A stretch of DNA of 64,000 nt from assembly GCA_905211645.1 (NCBI GenBank), contig CAJMBK010000002.1, positions 12,148 through 76,147 on the forward strand, in the 5' to 3' direction. Under the pieces are notes generated by a model. It ran no database searches. It was given only the letters and a program-made list of their open reading frames with translations, and was not told the origin of the DNA. Shown here one piece after another: positions 17,609 through 27,477 of this stretch. Numbering within the stretch: the first letter of the stretch is position 1; each line of letters starts with the position of its first letter. This DNA is from an uncultured Bacillales bacterium. GTDB lineage: Bacteria; Bacillota_I; Bacilli_A; RFN20; CAG-288. The translations under genes and the position numbers were made by a program.

Positions 17609-18808
17609 ATGGAAAATAACACAAACGATATGATTATTGTTTTCTTTGGTGAATTGACTACCAAAGGAAAAAATTTGATGACATTTATCCGTGCTTTAGG
17701 AAGAAATGTTGTCGCAACTTTAAAACCAAGATTTAGCAAATTATCTTACGATATTAAAAGAGATCACATCTACATCCATTTAAATGGTGAAAATTTCGAT
17801 AAGGTTAAAGATGTTTTAATTAGAATTCCTGGTATTTTATCTGTCAGCCATGTTAAAGCCGTTGCTAAAGATATTCCAGAAATTCAAAAGTATGCTTTTG
17901 AATTAATTGAATCAGTTAAACCTGAAACTTTCAAAGTTGAAGTTAGAAGAGTTGATAAACTTTTCCCAATGCACTCCGATGAAATTGTTAGAAAAGTTGC
18001 AGGATACATTTTAAGTAACAACAACACATACAAGGTTGATGTTCATAAGCCAGAACTTAAAATTTCAATCATGATCAGAGAAGATATGGCTTATATTTAT
18101 GGAAAGAAATATCGTGGTGTTGGTGGCTATCCTGTTGGAATTCAAGGTAAATGTATGATGCTTCTTTCTGGTGGCATTGATTCTCCAGTTGCAGGTTACA
18201 TGATGCTTAAAAGAGGTGTAAAACTTGAATGTTTGCACTTTGCTGCTCCACCATACACATCAGAGAAAGTTATCGATAAATTAGTTGATTTACTTCATAA
18301 GTTAAATTTTTACCAAGAGGAAATTAAACTTCATATTGTTCCTTTCACTGAGTTGCAAGTTGCAATCTATCGTAACTGCCCAAATTCCTACGCCATCACC
18401 CTTTTAAGAAGAATGATGATGAGAATTCTTTCAATCTGGGCAAGAAAGAGACATTGCTTAGTTGCTGCAAGTGGCGAATCAATCGGTCAAGTTGCAAGTC
18501 AAACTTTGCAATCAATTAATACTATCGAGTCAGTTTTGGATGTTCCTATGATCCGACCTCTTGCATGTATGGATAAGTTGGATATTATTAAAACTGCCCA
18601 AGATATCGATACTTATGATATCTCAATTCGCCCATTTGAAGATTGCTGCACAATCTTTGAAACAAAAGATCCAACAACCTGTCCACGAATTGATAAATGC
18701 GAAGAATACGAAGCAAATTTTGACTATGAAGCACTTATTAAACAATGCGTAGAAAATATCGAAACTCGTGTCATCTCCTTAAAAGATGAAGAGGATGAAG
18801 AGTTCTAA
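17609..18808 (+). CDS. thiI: tRNA 4-thiouridine synthase
   Basis: THUMP-like N-terminus and PP-loop SGGIDS. Conserved partner of the upstream desulfurase. Confidence 0.85.
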   Translation: MENNTNDMIIVFFGELTTKGKNLMTFIRALGRNVVATLKPRFSKLSYDIKRDHIYIHLNGENFDKVKDVLIRIPGILSVSHVKAVAKDIPEIQKYAFELIESVKPETFKVEVRRVDKLFPMHSDEIVRKVAGYILSNNNTYKVDVHKPELKISIMIREDMAYIYGKKYRGVGGYPVGIQGKCMMLLSGGIDSPVAGYMMLKRGVKLECLHFAAPPYTSEKVIDKLVDLLHKLNFYQEEIKLHIVPFTELQVAIYRNCPNSYAITLLRRMMMRILSIWARKRHCLVAASGESIGQVASQTLQSINTIESVLDVPMIRPLACMDKLDIIKTAQDIDTYDISIRPFEDCCTIFETKDPTTCPRIDKCEEYEANFDYEALIKQCVENIETRVISLKDEEDEEF

Positions 18809-18823
18809 TTAGTTATTACTACT

Positions 18824-18851
18824 ATCCTAGGCTAATCACCTAGGATTTTTA
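18824..18851 (+). terminator. rho-independent terminator after thiI
   Basis: ATCCTAGG-N7-CCTAGGAT followed by TTTTT. Confidence 0.6.
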
Positions 18852-18857
18852 AATACG

Positions 18858-18886
18858 AAAAAAGGCTACCTAACTAGGTAACCTTA
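18858..18886 (-). terminator. terminator after rplT
   Basis: Imperfect stem GGTTACCTAG…AGGTAGCC followed by TTTTTT on the minus strand. Confidence 0.45.
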
Positions 18887-18906
18887 TTGCAACAATTTAG
18901 AAATTA

Positions 18907-19251
18907 TTAGTTCTTACTAGCTTCAACTAATTTTGCAAATTCTTCAGGTGAAGAGATTGCGATTTCACTGAGCATCTTTCTGTTTAAGGAGATGTTGTTC
19001 TTCTTTAAACCGTTGATGAATGCTGAGTAAGTTGTGCCGTTTAATCTGCAAGCAGCATTGATTCTTGTGATCCAAAGTTTTCTGAAATCACGTTTCTTAT
19101 TTCTTCTACCGATATAGCTGTATGCAAGAGCCTTCATTGTGGCTTCTTTAGCAGTTCTGTAGATACGATGTTTGCTACCAAAATAACCCTTAGCAGCTTT
19201 TAAGATTTTTTTACGTCTTTGATGTTTGACGATACCGCCTTTAACTCTCAT
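18907..19251 (-). CDS. rplT: 50S ribosomal protein L20
   Basis: 114 aa, canonical L20 sequence (MRVKGG…[10 protein letters not shown]…). Confidence 0.95.
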   Translation of the reverse strand: MRVKGGIVKHQRRKKILKAAKGYFGSKHRIYRTAKEATMKALAYSYIGRRNKKRDFRKLWITRINAACRLNGTTYSAFINGLKKNNISLNRKMLSEIAISSPEEFAKLVEASKN

Positions 19252-19271
19252 TTTACTCTATATCCTTTCTA

Positions 19272-19466
19272 TTACTTGGAGATTAAACCCTTCATTGTGT
19301 TACCATCGGTTGTGTTGAGGTAACGGGCTTTACTCAAATGTAATTTTTGTTTATGTGTCTTGCTGTGCTTAAGGTGAGCTGTATTTTGGTTGAATTTCTT
19401 AACTTTACCAGAAGCAGTAATGTGGAAACGTTTGCTTACACATTTTTTGGTTTTCATTTTTGGCAT
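19272..19466 (-). CDS. rpmI: 50S ribosomal protein L35
   Basis: 64 aa, MPKMKTKK… typical of L35. Confidence 0.95.
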   Translation of the reverse strand: MPKMKTKKCVSKRFHITASGKVKKFNQNTAHLKHSKTHKQKLHLSKARYLNTTDGNTMKGLISK

Positions 19467-19487
19467 ATCTAACTTTCCTCCTATAGA

Positions 19488-20030
19488 TTACTTCTTTGAA
19501 TATGCAGAGATGAAGCAAAAATAATATTTTCCTTCTTGTTGAGGTTTCTTCTCGACGAAACCAACATCTTTAACAAGTTCGATGAACTTATTCAATGTTT
19601 CTTCAGCTAAATCCATTTTTGTTGTCATTCTTCCTTTGATGAAGACTGAAACTTTCAATTTAGCACCCTTTTCCAATAATTTTTTAGCTTGATTAGCCTT
19701 TGTGACAAGATCGTGCTCATTGGTCATTGGGGTGAAACGGATTTCTTTTAAGACGTTACCCTTCTGATTGTTTTTCATCAATCTTTCTTTCTTTTGCTGA
19801 TCGAAGCAGTACTTACCATAGTTCAAGATCTTGCAAACTGGTGGCTTAGCGTTTTGAGCAACACATAATAAATCTAAACCGGCTTTTTCAGCAGCGGCAA
19901 GAGCATTATTCTTGCTCATAACTCCTAATTGTTCACCGTTTTGGTCGATGACCAAGACCTCTTTGAATGGAATCTTGTTGTTAACTAAGTCGTTGGAAAC
20001 CTTGTTAGGTTTTACTGGATGATTATTAAT
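19488..20030 (-). CDS. infC: translation initiation factor IF-3, probable AUU start codon
   Basis: IF3 N- and C-domains. GGAGG lies at 20043-20039 with an 8-nt spacer before ATT at 20030-20028. The ORF-track TTG start at 20057 lies upstream of that SD and right after the attenuator U-run, so it is implausible. Confidence 0.85.
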   Translation of the reverse strand: MNNHPVKPNKVSNDLVNNKIPFKEVLVIDQNGEQLGVMSKNNALAAAEKAGLDLLCVAQNAKPPVCKILNYGKYCFDQQKKERLMKNNQKGNVLKEIRFTPMTNEHDLVTKANQAKKLLEKGAKLKVSVFIKGRMTTKMDLAEETLNKFIELVKDVGFVEKKPQQEGKYYFCFISAYSKK

Positions 20031-20050
20031 ATTATTTTCCTCCGTATAAT

Positions 20051-20212
20051 GTGGCAAAAATAAATGGTGGAGATAAGCTCATTATCTCCACCTGAAAATA
20101 CTTTAATTAATATTAATAACGTAATAATAATTTTTAGCATTTTACCTATTCGCTGTGCAAATCAGGTGGAAATTTAATTCACTTTCTCAAAAATTTATTT
20201 TCTACGCCTAAA
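20051..20212 (-). promoter_or_regulatory. infC-rpmI-rplT leader with L20-type transcription attenuator (terminator/antiterminator)
   Basis: Perfect 11-bp stem GGTGGAGATAA-GCTCA-TTATCTCCACC (20066-20092) is followed on the mRNA by AUUUAUUUUU. An upstream segment UUUCCACCUGA (rc of about 20161-20172) is complementary to the 5' arm UCAGGUGGA, giving an alternative antiterminator. Confidence 0.55.
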
Positions 20213-20241
20213 ATTATAGCAAGTGAGTATTTGTATATCAA
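20213..20241 (-). promoter_or_regulatory. sigma-70 promoter of the infC operon
   Basis: On the minus strand, -35 TTGATA (20241-20236) and -10 TATAAT (20218-20213) with a 17-bp spacer. Confidence 0.55.
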
Positions 20242-20283
20242 TAGTAAAATGAAGGAAGTTGAGGTAATTTTGCACCTGATAAA

Positions 20284-20748
20284 TTACTTTTTGTATGAGA
20301 ATACTAAATATTTATATGGCTCCTCTTGTGTTGTCTCTGTATTTACAATATTAGCCTTTACAATGTAATAAGCACATAATTCACTTTCAAAAGATAACTT
20401 CTTGACGGAAGTTATTTCCTGATTAGCAGTAATTGATTTTGATTCTTTATTGTTGCTGACATAAACTGTTCTATTGTTTGGGGACATTGTGTAGAAGAAA
20501 TGATTAATTAATCCTTCATAACCATTTGATTTTGTACTATCAGTTTCAGAAAAAGTTTCAGTATTTATATGAATTTCGCCTTTAGTAAGAGCGGTATCCA
20601 TATTGTAAGTTGTGCAGTTGTAATTAACTAATTGAACCAAATTTACATATGATTCATAGCCGGTTTTTTCGGCATCAGAAACATAGCTGCAAGAGGTTAA
20701 CATTGCAGGCAACATTAATAATGATAAAAGTGATTTATAAAATTGCAT
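20284..20748 (-). CDS. lipoprotein, function unknown
   Basis: Signal peptide with lipobox (…PAMLTSCSY). 154 aa. Confidence 0.6.
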   Translation of the reverse strand: MQFYKSLLSLLMLPAMLTSCSYVSDAEKTGYESYVNLVQLVNYNCTTYNMDTALTKGEIHINTETFSETDSTKSNGYEGLINHFFYTMSPNNRTVYVSNNKESKSITANQEITSVKKLSFESELCAYYIVKANIVNTETTQEEPYKYLVFSYKK

Positions 20749-20792
20749 AAAACTCCTTAATAATATCTAAGGAAATTTTATGGAGAAAACAA

Positions 20793-22787
20793 TTATTTAC
20801 TTAAATCAACAAGAGTTGACAAAAGTACATGTTCTGCATCAGAACAAATTTGGAATTCGTATTGTCCTGTAAAAAGCTTAAATTGATGATTTTCAACATC
20901 AAAGTATCTTAAATCATCTTTTAAGGCAGAAATTTCTACAGTCTTTTCTTCATTTGAAGAAAGATTTACTTTTGTGAAAGACGCAAGAGATCTTACTGGC
21001 CTCTTAATTGGACAATTTAATGTACTAACGAATAACAAAACTGTTTCATCAACAGGATAATTACTAACATTTTTAACTTGGATAGAAAAGTTGATTTTAT
21101 GAGAAGTAATAGATTCTACCTTAAGATTTGAATACTCAACTTTTGAGTAATTCAAACCGTAGCCGAATGGATATAAGGTTTTAATATTGTGTGCTAAATA
21201 GTACTTGTAGCCAACATCGATTCCATCACAATACTTAATAACTCTTTCATCGATGTAGTCGTTGTATGAAGCTGATTCTTCCAAAGTTACAGGGAAAGTT
21301 TCTGTCAATCTACCTGAGAAATTTGCTTTGCCAGAAATAAGTGTTGCCAAAGCATCACTAACTCTTTCACCAGCAAATCCTGCGTAAATTATTGCATCAA
21401 CTTTATCTTTAACTTCATGTAAATCAAAAACACCGCCACCATAGACAACTAAAATTACTGGTTTTCCAACTTTTGAAACGCAATTGATACCTAGAAGTTC
21501 TTCCTTTGATAATTTGATATCTTGTCGATCGAAGTCTTCAGCGATTACATCTCTATCAGCACCAACACCGAGAATAATGACGTCATTTTCATGGCAATCT
21601 TGAACAAACTTATTTAAATTGCCAACAATAACTGAGTGAGCACGGTTGTCATACATGAATTCACCTTGAGTGACATTTTCAAAACCACAATCTTTCATGG
21701 AATGAATTAAAGGCTTGAACTCATGATCCAAAGTGATGATAGAACTACCTCCACCAGTGAAATATTTAAGTGTAGGGACACCACCAACTAAAATCTTAGC
21801 CTTCTTATTTAAAAGAGGGAGGATATTATTCTTATTCTCAAGTAAAACGATACCTTCAAGAGCGGTACGATATGCGAAATCTTTTCTCTCTTTTAAGGTA
21901 GTTTCAACTTTTCTATGTTTCTTTGCTTTTTCGTTCTTTTGGATAAAATCCAAAACCCTTGAGGCTGCAAGTCTAAGAGCATCTTTATTAAGTTGTCCAG
22001 TTTTTATATCTTCATTCAACTTTTCTTCATGCCAAGTTTGATAAGGCATGATCAGTGACAAACCAGCATTTATGGATTTTGTAGCATCTTTAACTGCTTC
22101 CCAATCTGACATAATTAATCCATCAAAACCATTTTGATAAGCTTCATTGTATAAGAAGTCATTTTCACTCATTCTAACACCATCAACAAGGTTATATGAA
22201 CACATCAAAGACCAAGGTTTCGCTTTTAGTGCTTTCATAAAATTGAAGAAATAAACCTCATAAAAGGCTTGTTCATCAATTTCACATGAAACCCAATGTC
22301 TTTGGAATTCATAGTTATTACAAATGTAATGCTTCAAGCAACTACCAACATTCTTTTCGCTCAAGCCTTGAATGTACTCATATGCCATTTCGCCTGATAA
22401 AAGAGGATCTTCAGAGAAGTACTCAAAGTTTCTTCCGCATAAAGAATGTCTTTTAATGTTGATACCAGGGGCTAAAAGAATGTCTAAGTTTCTTTCAATC
22501 ATGTCATCTGCGATACAACGAGCATAATCTTTTGCTAACTTTTTATTGAAAGTTTGTGCCAAAACATGTGTTGTAGGATAACTGGTAGATGGTATTACTT
22601 TATTAGTATCTTGCAAATTTATATCGATTGAACTTCTTACACCAACTGGACCGTCAGAAACGAATACAGTAGGAATTTTTCCGTTTAAATCGTTAGTTTG
22701 CCAAAAGTTTTTTCCAATGACCAATTTGATCATTTCCTCAGTAGTTAAAGCGTTTAAATCAAAAATGTTATTTTTGTTTTTTTCCAT
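20793..22787 (-). CDS. glycoside hydrolase family 3 (beta-glucosidase/BglX-like)
   Basis: GH3 N-terminal domain with the nucleophile motif GLIMSDWEAV, plus a C-terminal α/β sandwich. I place the start at ATG 22787 (MEKNKNN…) behind AAAGGAAG. The ORF-track start at 22832 is in frame but has no SD. Confidence 0.8.
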   Translation of the reverse strand: MEKNKNNIFDLNALTTEEMIKLVIGKNFWQTNDLNGKIPTVFVSDGPVGVRSSIDINLQDTNKVIPSTSYPTTHVLAQTFNKKLAKDYARCIADDMIERNLDILLAPGINIKRHSLCGRNFEYFSEDPLLSGEMAYEYIQGLSEKNVGSCLKHYICNNYEFQRHWVSCEIDEQAFYEVYFFNFMKALKAKPWSLMCSYNLVDGVRMSENDFLYNEAYQNGFDGLIMSDWEAVKDATKSINAGLSLIMPYQTWHEEKLNEDIKTGQLNKDALRLAASRVLDFIQKNEKAKKHRKVETTLKERKDFAYRTALEGIVLLENKNNILPLLNKKAKILVGGVPTLKYFTGGGSSIITLDHEFKPLIHSMKDCGFENVTQGEFMYDNRAHSVIVGNLNKFVQDCHENDVIILGVGADRDVIAEDFDRQDIKLSKEELLGINCVSKVGKPVILVVYGGGVFDLHEVKDKVDAIIYAGFAGERVSDALATLISGKANFSGRLTETFPVTLEESASYNDYIDERVIKYCDGIDVGYKYYLAHNIKTLYPFGYGLNYSKVEYSNLKVESITSHKINFSIQVKNVSNYPVDETVLLFVSTLNCPIKRPVRSLASFTKVNLSSNEEKTVEISALKDDLRYFDVENHQFKLFTGQYEFQICSDAEHVLLSTLVDLSK

Positions 22788-22882
22788 AATACTTCCTTTA
22801 TTAATAGAGAGCTCAGATATCATTTTATACATTTTATAAGTGTAATAAATAAAAAAATATTGTGAAAATAATTTTCAAAAAT

Positions 22883-22920
22883 GATAAAGAAAAAGATATG
22901 CTGTATTGAGAGCATATCTT
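22883..22920 (-). terminator. rho-independent terminator after the DUF2974 gene
   Basis: AAGATATGCT-N8-AGCATATCTT perfect 10-bp stem. T-rich run follows on the minus strand. Confidence 0.55.
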
Positions 22921-22980
22921 AAAACATTTTGAATTGAAAATCTTAAATTGGTTAATTCATCTTATTTAGGCTAAATCATA

Positions 22981-24108
22981 CTATTTTAAAAATCTTTTTG
23001 CGACGAATTTAAGAAGGATTGGAATCTTTTGATTAGCAGACGTCACTGTAGCTTCATATAAATCATAAAGTAATGAAAAACCATCAAGAACTGCTTTTCT
23101 TTCCGGTTTTGAAAGTGATTGAATCTGCTTGAATCCGTTGAAAATTCTTGAAGCGTTTAAGTCAGCTTGGAAATTTTTAATTTGACCATTGTTACTACCA
23201 ATTGCAAAAATTGTATCAAAGAATTCTTGTTTCTGTTTTTTAGTCATTGCATTCATCCAATTGTTCAATGCAGTCGCAATAAAAACAGTTTTATCACTTA
23301 ATTTATCTTTGACAAAGTGGTTCTTTTCAATCTGCCAAGAGAAAGCTTCGTGCTTTAAAATACCTTTATTGGATGATTTAACGCAGATAATATCTTCCTG
23401 GTGATACATTAAAAGTCCAAAAAGCGATTCACTAGTTGTGTAAGATTTAATTTTAGGAACATAGGTGATGTACTCTGTTGAATTGTAGTTTTTAAGTGAC
23501 ATACCTGGTCCATCATAGTTGTAAGTTGTAAGAATTCTATCTCTAACTTCAGGTTCTGCAAAAATTGATCCGTAAAGAGCAAGATTTCCACCTTTGGAGT
23601 GACCGACAACAACAATTTTTTTATCAGGATAGGCTTTAGCCATGGCGTCGACATACTTTTTAGCATCTTTTTGGCATAAAACATCATCTTTAATTCCGAA
23701 ATCGATATCTTCTCTCCAACCGACGAATGTGGTATCTGTACCTCTGAAAGAGATGATGAGTAAGTCGTTGATAATAAATGTAATACCGAAGAATTGTTTG
23801 ATGTATTTCTCAGAAAAAGATGCTTTGAAATTAACAATTTCAGTATCCATGTATCTAGGTGTGATTGTTGAGTATTTCAAAGCTAAATTGATGAATTCAT
23901 AGCGGTACATCTTATCGATATTTAAAAATTTTAAAGCAAGATCATTAGCGATTTGCTTAAATTTTAAAGGTAGGTTTTTCTTGCTGATAAAGTTTTCAAA
24001 TCTTAAATATGAAAACTCAGCAAAAAGTAATCCATCAACTTCTGTGAAGGATTTACTATCGAGTTTTTTATTAGGACAAGTCTTTAAATAATCAAGTAGA
24101 TTTAACAT
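22981..24108 (-). CDS. alpha/beta-hydrolase of the DUF2974 / Mbeg1-like (lipase-like) family
   Basis: 375 aa with nucleophile-elbow motif VVVGHSKGGNLA. Confidence 0.6.
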   Translation of the reverse strand: MLNLLDYLKTCPNKKLDSKSFTEVDGLLFAEFSYLRFENFISKKNLPLKFKQIANDLALKFLNIDKMYRYEFINLALKYSTITPRYMDTEIVNFKASFSEKYIKQFFGITFIINDLLIISFRGTDTTFVGWREDIDFGIKDDVLCQKDAKKYVDAMAKAYPDKKIVVVGHSKGGNLALYGSIFAEPEVRDRILTTYNYDGPGMSLKNYNSTEYITYVPKIKSYTTSESLFGLLMYHQEDIICVKSSNKGILKHEAFSWQIEKNHFVKDKLSDKTVFIATALNNWMNAMTKKQKQEFFDTIFAIGSNNGQIKNFQADLNASRIFNGFKQIQSLSKPERKAVLDGFSLLYDLYEATVTSANQKIPILLKFVAKRFLK

Positions 24109-24217
24109 ATATTTATTATAAATATTACTTAATGAAAATAGTATAATTTAGCCATGAAAAAGAGTGATTATCGCTTTGTATCAAATGGTAATCACATTGT
24201 ATAGAAGGAGACATTTA

Positions 24218-25699
24218 ATGAAACGTGGTGCAGGAATTTTACTTCCTATTTTCTCATTACCTAGCAAGTATGGCATCGGTACTTTCGGTTCAAAAGCTAA
24301 AGAATTCGTCAGATTTTTAAACAAGTCCAATGTCAAATATTGGCAAATCTTACCTTTGAACCCAACAAGCTATGGTGATAGTCCTTACCAATCTTTCTCT
24401 GCATTCGCTTTAAATCCATATTTCATCGATTTGGATACCTTGATTAAGAAAGGTTATTTGACAAAAGCAGATGTTAAAGAATTGGATAAACCTTACACAG
24501 AATGGGTCGAATACGGTTTCCAATACGAAACAAGATTCCCTATTTTGAAGAAAGCATATTTAAATGCTTACAAGGATAAAGCAGTTGTTGCTGAAGTTGA
24601 AAAATTTGCTAAGGAAAATGAATCTTGGGTTAACGATTACGCAGCATTCATGGTTATCAAATATTTAAATAATGGTTCATCCTACCAAGATTGGCAAGAT
24701 GATGCTTTAAGAAAACATGATAACGCTGCAGTTGCAAAAGTTGTTAAAGATAATCTTTCCGACTACAACTTCTGGATTTTCTTACAATACGAAGCATTCA
24801 ATCAATATGTTGAACTTAAAGAATATGCCAACAAGAAAGGTGTTTCCATCGTTGGTGATATTCCAATTTATGTTGCTCTTGACAGTGCTGATGTCTGGGC
24901 AAACCCACAAGAATTCTGTCTTGACGATGATTTAAGACCTACTCTTGTTGCCGGTGTTCCACCAGATTATTTCTCCGCAGATGGTCAACTTTGGGGTAAC
25001 CCACTTTATAACTACAACCACATGAAAGAAGATGGTTTCTCCTGGTGGATCAAACGTGTTTCCCACTGTCAAAGACTCTACGATTTATTAAGAATCGACC
25101 ACTTCAGAGGTATGGCAAGTTACTACACAATTCCATTTGGTTCTCCAAATGCTAGAATCGGTGAATGGGTTGAAGGTCCTAAGATGGATTTAGTTAGAGC
25201 TATCCAAAAAGGTGCTAACGGTATGGAAATTATCGCTGAAGACCTCGGTTTCTTAACTGAAGATGTCGTTGAACTTAAGAAAGAAAGTGGTTGGCCAGGT
25301 TTGAAGATTTTTGAATTTGGTTTTGATGGTGCAGATTACAACAACGAACACTTACCTAGATTTTGGACTAAGGATTGTGTTGCTTACATCGGTACTCACG
25401 ATAACGATACAATGTGCGGTTATATTGACAGCCACAGAGATCTTATTCCATTCATGAAATCTATCTTGAATGTTCAAAATGATGAAGAAATCCCAGATGC
25501 AATCATCAGAAATCTCTTTGTCAGTGAACCTGAACTTGTTTTATGCACAATGCAAGATCTTTTGAAACAAGATACATATCACAGAATCAACACACCAGGT
25601 ACATTAGGTACAAACTGGAAGGTTAGATTACCTAAGGATTATGCCTCTGAAACAGTTATTGAACAATTGAAAGGTTTGATTGCTGAATCAAATAGATAA
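24218..25699 (+). CDS. malQ: 4-alpha-glucanotransferase (amylomaltase, GH77)
   Basis: MKRGAGILLPIFSLPS…GIGTFG N-terminus and GH77 catalytic regions. The start at 24218 lies behind AGAAGGAGA. Confidence 0.85.
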   Translation: MKRGAGILLPIFSLPSKYGIGTFGSKAKEFVRFLNKSNVKYWQILPLNPTSYGDSPYQSFSAFALNPYFIDLDTLIKKGYLTKADVKELDKPYTEWVEYGFQYETRFPILKKAYLNAYKDKAVVAEVEKFAKENESWVNDYAAFMVIKYLNNGSSYQDWQDDALRKHDNAAVAKVVKDNLSDYNFWIFLQYEAFNQYVELKEYANKKGVSIVGDIPIYVALDSADVWANPQEFCLDDDLRPTLVAGVPPDYFSADGQLWGNPLYNYNHMKEDGFSWWIKRVSHCQRLYDLLRIDHFRGMASYYTIPFGSPNARIGEWVEGPKMDLVRAIQKGANGMEIIAEDLGFLTEDVVELKKESGWPGLKIFEFGFDGADYNNEHLPRFWTKDCVAYIGTHDNDTMCGYIDSHRDLIPFMKSILNVQNDEEIPDAIIRNLFVSEPELVLCTMQDLLKQDTYHRINTPGTLGTNWKVRLPKDYASETVIEQLKGLIAESNR

Positions 25700-26400
25700 T
25701 GGTAGAGAATAAATCCCCTAAAAAGTATCTTAAAAAGCATCAAAGAGCTAAAAAAGAGAATATCTATTTAAATATTGTCTACGAAGATGAGAAGGTTATT
25801 GTTTGCAATAAACCTTCTTCTCTTTTGACAATTAAAAATGAACATACTGAAAAATGTCTTTATCATATGGTTTTAACCTATTTAAAGATGGTTGATAAAC
25901 ATAATAGTTTGTTTATTGTCCATCGACTTGATAAAGACACTTCAGGTTTAGTTATTTTTGCTAAAGATTTCAAAACAAAGAAGATACTTCAGGATGCTTT
26001 CGAAAATAAGGAAGTTGTCAGAAAGTATGAAGCTGTTGTTGATGGAATTGTCCAAGATAAGAATGAAGTTATGTTAAAAGATTATCTTTTCACCGATAAA
26101 TTCAACAACGTCTTTGTTTCCAAAAAGAAAACAGATACTTTAGCAATTACTAGATTTACAGTTAATCGAGTTGATTTATCAAAGAATAAATCATATCTTG
26201 ATATTACAATTGAAACTGGAAAAAGAAATCAAATTCGTTGCCAGTTAGCAAATTACAATCATCCTATCTTAGGTGATAAGAAGTACTTAGAAACTCCTAA
26301 AGGAAGATTGATGTTAAACGCTTATAAACTTGAATTTCCTAAGTTAAAAGGATATTTGAATCAAACTTTATTTGAAGTTGATAAGTTATTTCTAAAGTAA
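25699..26400 (+). CDS. RluA-family pseudouridine synthase
   Basis: Catalytic motif HRLDKDTSGLVIFAK. The start overlaps the malQ stop by 1 nt. Confidence 0.8.
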   Translation: MVENKSPKKYLKKHQRAKKENIYLNIVYEDEKVIVCNKPSSLLTIKNEHTEKCLYHMVLTYLKMVDKHNSLFIVHRLDKDTSGLVIFAKDFKTKKILQDAFENKEVVRKYEAVVDGIVQDKNEVMLKDYLFTDKFNNVFVSKKKTDTLAITRFTVNRVDLSKNKSYLDITIETGKRNQIRCQLANYNHPILGDKKYLETPKGRLMLNAYKLEFPKLKGYLNQTLFEVDKLFLK

Positions 26401-26416
26401 AAGGAAGAGGATTAAT

Positions 26417-27457
26417 ATGGATATACTTAACGAATATCAAATTTATGTAATCTTTGGATTGGTCGCACTTGTTATTGTCTTAGTAGTACTCATTTCAATC
26501 ATCTTTTCAAAAGTATCGAAGATTTCTAAGATGTCTATTGATTCCACTTTGAAAGTTGAATCAAAAATTGCTTATGAATCTAGCACTGAAAAGAATGAGA
26601 ATAAGGCAAGCGAAGTTTTATCAATCACAATTTACAACAACAATTGGAGAGATATTGTCATCTCCGATTTTGGTTTTGAATACAAAGGAATTTTGCTTTC
26701 TTTTATCGATGAATATTCAAAGAAAAACACTTTGAAGAATAAAAACGTTATCGTTCCTGCAAGAAGTCACATCACTTTGAAACTTAACCCATTACGTTTG
26801 GAAACATTCATCGTTGAAAATAACTTCTCCGGTCGTTCTCAGTTTGAAATTTATGACGTTGTTATTGACAATGTTGGCACAAAGATTAGAACAAAGAACT
26901 CAAGTTTAACTAAGGTTTTAACTTCAAGACAACAAGCTAGAATCAAACTTGCTAAGAAGATGCTTCACGATCAAAGAATTGAACAATATAAGAGAGAACA
27001 CTCTGATCAAGTCCCAGTCAGTGAACATTTCTACAAGTTATTTCACTCAAAGAAATTCACCAATCAACATCTTTTGAATGTTGCCACAACATTCGTTGGT
27101 GCAAAATTATCTACCGATGCTAAAGATCAAGTTTACATCAAAGATAATACCACTCAAAATAAGAAGAAATTGGTTTTACCTGAAATTGATGAAAAAGTTA
27201 CTTCCAAGGATGAACCAGAAGATATCAATTCCGATAAATTGACAATCACTTATGTCAATAAGCCTAGTGTCGAAAAGGTTGCTTCTAAAGAGCCTAAAAA
27301 GGAAGAAGTAAAAGAGACTGCTGTTGAAAAACCTAACGAGAAATCTAGTGAAACTCCAGCTGAAAATACTACTCAACCAAATGAAACAATAGTTTCAAGT
27401 ACTCCAAAGAGACGTACTAGAAAAAAGAAAGTTTCACAAAATGAACAGATTTTATAA
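26417..27457 (+). CDS. N-terminally membrane-anchored protein with K/E/T-rich C-terminal tail, function unknown
   Basis: One TM helix (residues about 9-30). No recognised domain. Confidence 0.5.
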   Translation: MDILNEYQIYVIFGLVALVIVLVVLISIIFSKVSKISKMSIDSTLKVESKIAYESSTEKNENKASEVLSITIYNNNWRDIVISDFGFEYKGILLSFIDEYSKKNTLKNKNVIVPARSHITLKLNPLRLETFIVENNFSGRSQFEIYDVVIDNVGTKIRTKNSSLTKVLTSRQQARIKLAKKMLHDQRIEQYKREHSDQVPVSEHFYKLFHSKKFTNQHLLNVATTFVGAKLSTDAKDQVYIKDNTTQNKKKLVLPEIDEKVTSKDEPEDINSDKLTITYVNKPSVEKVASKEPKKEEVKETAVEKPNEKSSETPAENTTQPNETIVSSTPKRRTRKKKVSQNEQIL

Positions 27458-27477
27458 AATCTAGTTAGGAGGTTTCT

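Noticed and set aside
20057-20057. TTG at 20057 as the infC start (ORF-track start)
   Set aside because: No SD upstream. The attenuator U-run lies immediately before it. A strong GGAGG follows it, positioned for the ATT at 20030.
24109-24217. GTGATTA…TAATCAC inverted repeat upstream of malQ as a MalR operator
   Set aside because: Only 7 bp arms with an 18-bp spacer. Not convincing. Mentioned only.
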